DNA of 45,989 nucleotides from Syntrophobacteria bacterium. Its GTDB lineage: Bacteria > Desulfobacterota > Syntrophobacteria > BM002. The stretch covers positions 1 through 45,989 of the forward strand of contig JBFFBS010000003.1 of the NCBI GenBank assembly GCA_041560295.1, in the 5' to 3' direction. The notes under the pieces are model-generated. The model had not been told where the DNA came from, did no database searches, and was given only the letters and a program-made list of their open reading frames with translations. Shown here piece after piece: positions 29,575 through 37,549 of this stretch. The number at the start of each line of letters is the position of its first letter. Position 1 is the stretch's first letter. The position numbers and the translations under genes were made by a program.

Positions 29575-30551
29575 AAAAAGATCGGCCCAAGATAAAGCCC
29601 ATTTCTCTTGAGAATGTCCGTACCGGTCGTCTCAGTGAACGGAAAAGTAAGGTTTCATTGGCGATCACTGGACAGCCTTGGGACCCGGGGCAATCGCTGC
29701 GGGAATTTCTGCAGCGGCTCCCCTCCGTCTTGGGGGCGGCTGACTTGCTGGAAGTGGTCCGGAGGATATGTGAGGCTCGGGCCCAGAAGCGGCCGGTACT
29801 GCTTGGCATGGGAGCCCACCCAATCAAGGTCGGACTTAGTCCTATCATAATAGACCTCATGGAGAGGGGCGTGCTGAGTGGCGTGGCCATGAACGGCGCC
29901 GGAATAATCCACGATGCCGAGATGGCATTGGTGGGAGGGACCTCGGAGGATGTGGCCACAGCACTAGCAGACGGCAGTTTTGGCATGAGCCACGAGACTG
30001 CCGATTTTTTAAACAAGGCTATAGCCCAGGAAAAGGGAACAGACATGGGGCTAGGCGTGGCGGTGGGGGAGGCACTGCTGCAGGCCGCTGTCCCTCATGT
30101 GGAGCAAAGCATTCTCGCCGCAGGTGTCAGACTCTCCATTCCTGTCACAGTGCATGTTGCCCTGGGCACGGATGTTATCCACATTCACCCCAGCGTAGAT
30201 CCAGCAGCGACCGGGAGCGCTACTCACTTGGATTTTCGGATCTTCGCTGGGCTTGTGGCTTCCCTGGAAGGTGGTGTTTATGTGAACCTGGGTTCGGCGG
30301 TACTATTACCAGAAATCTTTCTTAAAGCCGTTACTCTCGTGAGGAACCTAGGTCACCAGCTTAAAAATTTTACCACTGTTAACATGGATTTCAATCGCCA
30401 CTATCGGCCCCTGGTGAACGTAGTGGAGCGACCGACCCAGGCAGGCGGTAGAGGTTTCGAACTTGTCGGGCACCACGAGATCATGTTGCCATTGCTAGCA
30501 GCGGCGGTTGTTGAGTCGCTCGACGCAGAGCGCAAAGAGCATGGCACATAG
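29571..30551 (+). CDS. Conserved uncharacterised protein, GSU2086-like, probable deoxyhypusine-synthase-like fold
   Basis: GAHPIKVGL, AMNGAGIIHD, SEDV, HVALGTD, NLGSAVLLPEIFLKA, GHHEIM; ATGA overlap with gmhA. Family recognised from memory. Confidence 0.7.
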   Translation: MKKDRPKIKPISLENVRTGRLSERKSKVSLAITGQPWDPGQSLREFLQRLPSVLGAADLLEVVRRICEARAQKRPVLLGMGAHPIKVGLSPIIIDLMERGVLSGVAMNGAGIIHDAEMALVGGTSEDVATALADGSFGMSHETADFLNKAIAQEKGTDMGLGVAVGEALLQAAVPHVEQSILAAGVRLSIPVTVHVALGTDVIHIHPSVDPAATGSATHLDFRIFAGLVASLEGGVYVNLGSAVLLPEIFLKAVTLVRNLGHQLKNFTTVNMDFNRHYRPLVNVVERPTQAGGRGFELVGHHEIMLPLLAAAVVESLDAERKEHGT

Positions 30552-30608
30552 CGTCAAAAAAAATCGCCCAAAAGTGTATTTACTTATTTTTTGCAGGATT
30601 TAAGTATC

Positions 30609-30731
30609 TTAACCCTAACGTTGCAGACCTACTCCGAGGAAAAACGCACTAGAGTGCGCTCCCGCCGAGGGCGGGACTATAGTGCGAGCCTAAGGATTTT
30701 AGCCGGTGTGGGTTTGCAACGTTAGGGTTAA
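30609..30731. mobile_element. MITE family B (123 bp, TTAA at both ends)
   Basis: 17-bp perfect terminal inverted repeat TTAACCCTAACGTTGCA, extending imperfectly inward; no ORF. Confidence 0.8.
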
Positions 30732-30947
30732 ATGGCGGTTTCTGTGCTGAAACGTTTCAGTAAGCACATGGAAGGCAGTGGAGTAGTCGAGTCGCGGTCT
30801 ATTGTCAGTTGTTAGTGGTACTGGTATTATACATACCTTATGGTGCATGGTTGCCACATTCGTGTGGTCGACTATGGCGCAACACCTTTAGCTGCCAAGG
30901 CTCAGCAGGCCAATGAGAACACGTTTGTAATTCTACAGGAGTGGTTG

Positions 30948-31181
30948 ATGCCCATTTACGAATATTACTGCGAAAGTTGTGATGACCAGTTCGAGATCCT
31001 GGTGTTTCGGTCTTCAGACCCAGTGGGCTGCCCAACCTGCAATACAGAGAACGTCAAACGCGTTCTTTCCGTATTCGGTTTCAAAAGTGGTGGAGACAAA
31101 GGCGCAGCCAGCAGTAGGATGGGAAGTGGTGCCAGCAACTGTAGCGGCTGTGCTGCCACAAGTTGCAGCAGCTGTCATTAG
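30948..31181 (+). CDS. FmdB-family zinc ribbon protein
   Basis: MPIYEYYCESC...CPTC and Cys-rich tail CSGCAATSCSSCH; AGGAG RBS before ATG 30948. Confidence 0.88.
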   Translation: MPIYEYYCESCDDQFEILVFRSSDPVGCPTCNTENVKRVLSVFGFKSGGDKGAASSRMGSGASNCSGCAATSCSSCH

Positions 31182-31363
31182 CCCGGATATTTCATGAATC
31201 ACTTGCTGCGACCACGGATATGGCCGTTCTTCCTGGCGTCCTCGGGTGTCGGACCCTGCGACGTACTAATCAAGTACGCCTCGGATCCAACCCCCTGCGG
31301 TTGCCTGGTGGCACGCCCATCTTCGTGTTCTCGCGACAGTGATTCATGAAATATCCGGGCTAA
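31178..31363. mobile_element. MITE family A copy 2 (minimal form, 186 bp)
   Basis: 26-bp perfect inverted repeat TTAGCCCGGATATTTCATGAATCACT at 31178-31203 and 31338-31363; internal CGTAC-N7-GTACG hairpin. Confidence 0.9.
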
Positions 31364-31388
31364 GTGACCGCTGATTGGAAAAGTCATC

Positions 31389-32324
31389 ATGAACGAGCAA
31401 AGACAGCTGCGCATCGGCACTCGGGGAAGTGCTTTAGCCCTGTGGCAGGCGGAGTGGGTAAAAGCTCAACTGCTGGCAGCTCATGAAGAACTGGCAGTAG
31501 AGCTGCTGGTCATCAAGACCACGGGCGACAAGATTCTCGACGTGCCTCTCGCTAAAGTGGGCGGCAAGGGTCTCTTTGTCAAAGAGATCGAGGAGGCCCT
31601 GTTAGACGGGAAGGCAGATCTGGCCGTTCACAGCGTTAAGGATGTGCCGGCCGAGCTTCCCGAGGGGCTGCACTTGGCGGTAATGCCTTCCAGAGAAGAT
31701 CCACGGGATGCGCTGATCACTAGAAACGGGGTAGGTCTTGATGCGCTGCCACACGGTGCTCGAGTGGGCACGAGTAGTCTGCGGCGCGCTGCCCAACTTC
31801 TTCACCTCAGGCCTGATCTGCGCATTGAAACTTTGAGAGGAAATGTGGATACCCGGTTGCGTAAGCTGGAAAGTGAAGGTTTCGATGCCATTGTACTGGC
31901 TGCTGCGGGGCTCAAGCGGATGGATTTGAGCCATGTGGTCTCCGAGTACCTTGAGCCGGAGCGGATAGTGCCGGCTGTTGGACAAGGGGCACTGGGAATA
32001 GAGACCAGAACCGCCGATGCTTTCACGAACGAGATGGTGGCAAGCCTTGCCCACCAACAAACCATGACCATAGTCAGCGCGGAGCGTGCTTTTCTCAAGC
32101 GCTTGGAAGGTGGCTGCCAGGTGCCCATCGGCGCTCACGCAACCATGGAAGGTGATACCCTGATCCTCACTGGAATGGTGGCCGATTTGGAGGGTGTACG
32201 GTTGATCCGCAAGGAACTGCGCGGAGATGCCCACCAACCAGAAATTATCGGAGAGCGGTTGGCGGAAGTGATTCTGGAATCAGGCGGGGCTGAGATTCTG
32301 GAGGAGCTTTATGACAATGAGTAG
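31389..32324 (+). CDS. hemC: Hydroxymethylbilane synthase
   Basis: IGTRGSALALWQ, GGKGLFVKE, AVHSVKD, GTSSLRR, LEGGCQVP. Confidence 0.97.
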   Translation: MNEQRQLRIGTRGSALALWQAEWVKAQLLAAHEELAVELLVIKTTGDKILDVPLAKVGGKGLFVKEIEEALLDGKADLAVHSVKDVPAELPEGLHLAVMPSREDPRDALITRNGVGLDALPHGARVGTSSLRRAAQLLHLRPDLRIETLRGNVDTRLRKLESEGFDAIVLAAAGLKRMDLSHVVSEYLEPERIVPAVGQGALGIETRTADAFTNEMVASLAHQQTMTIVSAERAFLKRLEGGCQVPIGAHATMEGDTLILTGMVADLEGVRLIRKELRGDAHQPEIIGERLAEVILESGGAEILEELYDNE

Positions 32325-32338
32325 ATTCTCAGTTCCTT

Positions 32339-33904
32339 TTGGACCAGGTATCTCAGCCAAGAAAGGGTGATCAGACTTTGGACGTACAGCAAGGAAGGGT
32401 ATATTTGGTCGGGGCCGGACCTGGTGATCCGGCCCTTGCTACTCTAAAAGCAGTAGAATGTCTTCAGCAGGCAGAGGTAGTCATCTATGATTACCTGGCC
32501 AGTGAGAAACTGCTGGAATTTGCGCCCCCTGAAGCAGAGCGGCTTTACGTAGGTAAGAAAGCCGGGGATCATGCCATGAGTCAGGAGCAAATCACTGCTC
32601 TGTTGGTGGAGAAAGGGCGCAATTCGGTTGTGGTTCGTCTCAAAGGGGGGGATCCTTTCATCTTTGGTCGGGGCGGAGAAGAGGCGCTTGCCCTGAGGAA
32701 AGCTGGCATCCGTTTTGAGGTCGTACCAGGGGTAACATCAGCTATCGCTGTGCCGGCTTATGCGGGTATTTCTTTGACCCACAGAGGATTGTCTGCCTCG
32801 GTGGCCTTTGTTACCGGACATGAAATGCCAGGAAAGGAGGAGTCCGACATCCACTGGGACCGACTGGCCACCGGTGTGGGCACCCTGGTCTTTCTCATGG
32901 GAGTAAGAAACCTCAAGTTCATCAGTTCTCAATTGATGGAGCACGGCAGGCCAGCGGAAACCCCAGTGGCAGTCATTCGTTGGGGTACAACGGCAGAACA
33001 GCAAACAATTACCGGGACGCTTGACAGTATTGCCCAGGTTGCCGAGGAAGCCGGGATCAAGCCCCCCGCCATCATCGTGGTTGGAGAAGTGGCAGGGTTG
33101 CGTCAACATCTCAACTGGTTTGAAGAGCGGCCATTGTTTGGCAAAACTGTGGTGGTCACTCGGGCGCGAGAGCAGGCCAGTGCTTTCCGTATCCTGCTGG
33201 AAGGTAAAGGGGCCCAGTGCCTGGAATTCCCTACTATTGAAGTAGTTCCTCCCAGCAGTTGGGAACCACTGGATGAGGCTATTCGCAACCTTGAGTTTTA
33301 TGACTGGTTGATCTTTACCAGCGTCAATGGAGTGCGCTTCTTTTTTCAGCGCCTTCAAGAGCACGGCGAAGATGTGCGGGCTCTTCACGGAATCCGAATT
33401 GCTGCTATAGGCCCTAAAACTGCGGCAGAGCTGACGGAACGTGGTCTAAATCTCGATCTTGTACCGTCCGAATATCGAGCCGAGGCAGTGATTGAAGGAC
33501 TGGGTGAACAAGAGGTGCGTGGGAAAAGGTTTCTCCTGCCGAGAGCTGCCAAGGCACGAGAGATTCTGCCGGAAAAACTAGAAGAAATGGGTGGGCAGAT
33601 AGATGTAGTGACAGCCTATGAGACTATTCGTCCAGCCGAGAAAAGTGATGAGGTAAGAAGTTTCTTGAACAAAGGTACTATCTCCTGCATTACTTTTACT
33701 AGTTCCTCCACGGTGGAGAACTTCGCTGCCATGTTTCCCGGTGACGACCTGCCATCCCTTTTAGATAAGGCCGCCATTGCCTGCATAGGGCCAATCACCG
33801 CCCAGACAGCACGTGAGCATGGCTTAAAGGTGGACATCATGCCAGCAGAATATACGATCGAAGCGTTAACAGCCGAAATTGTAGAATACTTCAGCCGAGA
33901 TTGA
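32339..33904 (+). CDS. cobA: Fused uroporphyrinogen-III C-methyltransferase / uroporphyrinogen-III synthase (CobA-HemD)
   Basis: LVGAGPGDP, RLKGGDPFIFGRGGEE, then HemD motifs FTSVNGV, IGPKTA, FTSSSTV. Start uncertain (TTG 32339 or 32378). Confidence 0.93.
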   Translation: MDQVSQPRKGDQTLDVQQGRVYLVGAGPGDPALATLKAVECLQQAEVVIYDYLASEKLLEFAPPEAERLYVGKKAGDHAMSQEQITALLVEKGRNSVVVRLKGGDPFIFGRGGEEALALRKAGIRFEVVPGVTSAIAVPAYAGISLTHRGLSASVAFVTGHEMPGKEESDIHWDRLATGVGTLVFLMGVRNLKFISSQLMEHGRPAETPVAVIRWGTTAEQQTITGTLDSIAQVAEEAGIKPPAIIVVGEVAGLRQHLNWFEERPLFGKTVVVTRAREQASAFRILLEGKGAQCLEFPTIEVVPPSSWEPLDEAIRNLEFYDWLIFTSVNGVRFFFQRLQEHGEDVRALHGIRIAAIGPKTAAELTERGLNLDLVPSEYRAEAVIEGLGEQEVRGKRFLLPRAAKAREILPEKLEEMGGQIDVVTAYETIRPAEKSDEVRSFLNKGTISCITFTSSSTVENFAAMFPGDDLPSLLDKAAIACIGPITAQTAREHGLKVDIMPAEYTIEALTAEIVEYFSRD

Positions 33905-34002
33905 GTGTGCCCAAAGGAAGCCACCAGGCCCATACTCTTGTAAATCGTCCCTGCTCCTCATGCAATGAGCCCACTTGAGGGTTAGATCCTTGTTGATTGC
34001 GC

Positions 34003-36138
34003 ATGACAAATAGACGCATCGATTATGAAAGTGAGCTCAATAGCGCCCAGTACCAAGCAGTAACTGCAGGCGACGGACCCATACTGGTCGTAGCAGGTGC
34101 AGGAAGCGGGAAGACACGAACCTTAGTCTATCGGGTTGCCTGGCTGGTAGAGCAAGGGATAGCCCCAGGATCAATTTTGCTGCTCACTTTCACCCGGAGA
34201 GCAGCCGGGGAAATGATCGCCCGAGCCTCGTCTATGCTTGATCATCGCTGCCAAGAGGTGGTAGGTGGTACCTTCCATTGGCTGGCAAACAGGGTGCTCC
34301 ACCGCTATCACAAATACCTTTCCTTAGAGCCAGATTTTGGCATCATCGATCGTTCGGACAGCGAACAGGTAATCAACCTACTCGTCGGGAATCTTGGCTT
34401 CCGAGATCAACACAGACGTTTTCCCAAGAAAAGGACTATTGCTGACATCTTTAGTAAAGCAGTAAATCGGGCCGAAACTCTTGAGCACATGCTTTTTCGT
34501 GAATACGGCCAGTTCCTCCAGTACCAGGGGCAACTATCGAAGCTCTGGGAACAGTATACCTCTTACAAGCGTCAACATCATATGATGGACTTTGACGACT
34601 TGCTTGTCTACCTCAACCGGCTTTTGCGGGAACACAGGGATGTGAACTTGGAGCTCTCCTCACAGTACAACTACGTTCTAGTGGACGAATACCAGGACAC
34701 CAATCTGGTGCAAGCAGAGATAGTTCAAGCTCTGGCTTCTTTCCATCAAAACGTCATGGTTGTGGGTGATGATAGCCAGTCTATTTACTCTTTTCGCGGT
34801 GCTCACTTTCGCAATATTCTAGACTTCCCCACGCTGTTTCCCGAAGCCAAACTTTTCAAACTCGAGGAAAACTATAGAAGTCCCCAACCGATACTCGATC
34901 TGGCCAATGGCATCATACAATTAGCGCGGGAGAAGTATACCAAGTGCCTTTATACCCGCAAGACTGAGGGAGCACACCCCCTGTTAGTCAGACCCGCAGA
35001 CGAAGGTGGGCAGTCTGAGTTTGTTTGCCAGAAAGTCAAGGAATTGCAGCTTCAAGGGATACCTTTGCGAGAGATGGCAGTGCTTTTCAGGGCAAGTTAC
35101 CATTCCTTCGATCTGGAGGTCGCCCTGACCAGGCTGGGCATACCTTTTGTCAAGTATGGCGGGTTCAAATTCATTGAGTCGGCCCATATCAAAGATGTAT
35201 TGGCCCACTTACGAGCCTGGAAAAACCCCCGAGATCGAATCAGCTGGAATCGATTGCTACTCTTGGTTAACCAAGTGGGAAGCAAACGCAGTCAGGAAAT
35301 CCTCAACTACCTTGGCCAGAATAAGCAGAGCGTGAGGAGATTGGCTACGTACGCCAAGAAGCTTCCGGCAAAACACGGTCTTCACCGTCTGGTGGATCTC
35401 TTTGAGGAGCTTTCCAAACCGGGTCTTAACGTAAGTCAACAAGTGCGTGCGGTGCGTAATTACTATGAGCCCATTTTACTGACAAAGTTCGACGACTATC
35501 CCAAAAGACTTCGGGAGTTGGATTATCTGCAGGACTGGACCGTGAAGTACGATAGACTGACAGAATTCTTGGCAGATGTTACCTTGGATCCACCCAATGC
35601 CAACGTACCACAGGACCATTCGGACTCAGCCAAGGACCACTTGGTGCTCTCTACCATCCATTCGGCGAAGGGACTGGAATGGCGAGCGGTATTTTTGATT
35701 TCGGCTGTGGAAGGGCGATTGCCTCCCAGCCAAGCCTACGCTGACGATGAGGTGCTGGAAGAGGAGCGGCGGCTCGTTTATGTTGCAGTTACGAGAGCCA
35801 AGGAGTTTTTGTATCTCTGTTGTCCCTACACAGTTTTTGATCGCGGCACAGGTTTTCGCTCTGTCCCCCTTTCGCTATTTCTGGAGCAGCTTCCTCCTGG
35901 GAGATATTTTCATTATGGAGACGAAGTGGCATCTATACGTGGTGCAGATTCTGGAACTGAGTTGCAGGAAGAAGAGAGTCTCAGTCCTGGAGATGCGGTG
36001 CGGCACCCATTTTTTGGCAGGGGGAAGGTTGTTGCTGTTCCTGACAGTCTAAAAGTGCAGATTCAGTTTGAGGATGGGCGTACCAGATTGCTTCATCTCG
36101 ACTATGCTCCTTTGGAGCGCGTTGGCTCCATATACTAA
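34003..36138 (+). CDS. UvrD/PcrA-family ATP-dependent DNA helicase
   Basis: AGAGSGKT, DEYQD, VGDDSQSIYSFRGA, ENYRS, TIHSAKGLEW, EERRLVYVAVTRA. Confidence 0.92.
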   Translation: MTNRRIDYESELNSAQYQAVTAGDGPILVVAGAGSGKTRTLVYRVAWLVEQGIAPGSILLLTFTRRAAGEMIARASSMLDHRCQEVVGGTFHWLANRVLHRYHKYLSLEPDFGIIDRSDSEQVINLLVGNLGFRDQHRRFPKKRTIADIFSKAVNRAETLEHMLFREYGQFLQYQGQLSKLWEQYTSYKRQHHMMDFDDLLVYLNRLLREHRDVNLELSSQYNYVLVDEYQDTNLVQAEIVQALASFHQNVMVVGDDSQSIYSFRGAHFRNILDFPTLFPEAKLFKLEENYRSPQPILDLANGIIQLAREKYTKCLYTRKTEGAHPLLVRPADEGGQSEFVCQKVKELQLQGIPLREMAVLFRASYHSFDLEVALTRLGIPFVKYGGFKFIESAHIKDVLAHLRAWKNPRDRISWNRLLLLVNQVGSKRSQEILNYLGQNKQSVRRLATYAKKLPAKHGLHRLVDLFEELSKPGLNVSQQVRAVRNYYEPILLTKFDDYPKRLRELDYLQDWTVKYDRLTEFLADVTLDPPNANVPQDHSDSAKDHLVLSTIHSAKGLEWRAVFLISAVEGRLPPSQAYADDEVLEEERRLVYVAVTRAKEFLYLCCPYTVFDRGTGFRSVPLSLFLEQLPPGRYFHYGDEVASIRGADSGTELQEEESLSPGDAVRHPFFGRGKVVAVPDSLKVQIQFEDGRTRLLHLDYAPLERVGSIY

Positions 36139-36194
36139 AACAAAAACCTCAAACAAGCAGAGTGTTTACCACCCAAACGGAGGAAGGGTGTAAA

Positions 36195-37502
36195 GTGGGC
36201 GGACAAGACTACGATCAAACTCTGAGCTACCTCTACGACCTGCAGAAATATGGCATCAAGTTTGGCCTTTCCAGTACCAGTAGCTTGTTAGAAAGGATCG
36301 GCAATCCTCAAGCAGGGTTGAAGACAATCCACATTGCAGGTACCAACGGCAAAGGGTCCACTGCAGCCATGCTTTCATCTATTCTGGTGCAGGCAGGCTT
36401 CAAGGTTGGCTTATATACCTCGCCCCATCTGGTCAGATTCAATGAGCGCTTTCGGTTGAACGAGCAGGATATGGGCGACGAGAAGATTATGGATGTCTTT
36501 AAAGCAGTGAGGGCTGTGGTAGATGAACGCGAGCCGCCCACCTTTTTTGAGATGACCACTGCCATGGCACTCAACCTTTTTGCGGAAGAGGGGGTGGATT
36601 GGGCCATCTTGGAAGTGGGCATGGGAGGACGCCTTGATGCCACCAACGTGGTCCAACCACAACTCACAATCATCAATAACGTATCTTTTGACCACCAGGA
36701 GTTTCTCGGCTCCACCCTGAGTCGAATCGCTCGGGAAAAAGCGGGAATTATTAAAAAGCACGTACCACTGATAACTGCAGTAAAGCAGCCGGTGGCACTA
36801 GCGGTTATTAAAACCAGGTGTTCTGCCCTCAATGCTCCCTGTTACCGTATTGGCCGACAGATCAAGGTCCGGACTCTGAGTGATCAGCGCTTTTCCTACA
36901 GCGGCTTGGGGTGGCGACTGGAAAATCTACGTTTGCCCCTTGCCGGTCGCCACCAGGTGGTGAATGCTGCCACTGCCTTGGCGGGTCTTGAGGTTCTGGA
37001 GCGATGGGGCTACTATAATTTGGACGAAGATCAGATCAGAGGAGGGTTGGTCAAAACCCGCTGGCCCGGAAGACTGGAATTGCTTGACATGAAGCCGCCA
37101 GTTCTCTTGGATGGGGCCCACAACTGCGCCGGGATAGTGGCTCTCCGTCAGGCCTTGCAGGAACAGTACACCTATAGAAAACTCATCGTAGTGCTGGGGA
37201 TTATGGCAGACAAGGATCTTCGCGGTATGTTCCAGAGATTGGCCCCCTTGGCAGAGCGTATCATTCTCACCCGGCCCACATATGAAAGGGCAGCAGAGCC
37301 GGAGTCACTCCAGGAAGTGGCAGGGGAATTTGCCGAACGAACTGAGCTGATAAGACCTGTTGGAGAAGCGCTTGAAAGGGCTATGGGGTTGGCCACTTCC
37401 GAAGATCTGGTACTGGTGACAGGCTCGCTCTACTTTATCGGTGAGGTCAAGGAGATCCAGGAAGAAAAGAACAGGGCAAACCCGGTGACATATCGGGACT
37501 AG
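36195..37502 (+). CDS. folC: Dihydrofolate/folylpolyglutamate synthase
   Basis: IAGTNGKGS, YTSPHL, EVGMGGRLDATN, WPGR, DGAHN, GSLY. Start GTG 36195 (alternative 36162). Confidence 0.95.
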   Translation: MGGQDYDQTLSYLYDLQKYGIKFGLSSTSSLLERIGNPQAGLKTIHIAGTNGKGSTAAMLSSILVQAGFKVGLYTSPHLVRFNERFRLNEQDMGDEKIMDVFKAVRAVVDEREPPTFFEMTTAMALNLFAEEGVDWAILEVGMGGRLDATNVVQPQLTIINNVSFDHQEFLGSTLSRIAREKAGIIKKHVPLITAVKQPVALAVIKTRCSALNAPCYRIGRQIKVRTLSDQRFSYSGLGWRLENLRLPLAGRHQVVNAATALAGLEVLERWGYYNLDEDQIRGGLVKTRWPGRLELLDMKPPVLLDGAHNCAGIVALRQALQEQYTYRKLIVVLGIMADKDLRGMFQRLAPLAERIILTRPTYERAAEPESLQEVAGEFAERTELIRPVGEALERAMGLATSEDLVLVTGSLYFIGEVKEIQEEKNRANPVTYRD

Positions 37503-37549
37503 TCCCGCCGCCCGTTCGTGCTGAAATACCCATCCTCATAGGGTAAGCT

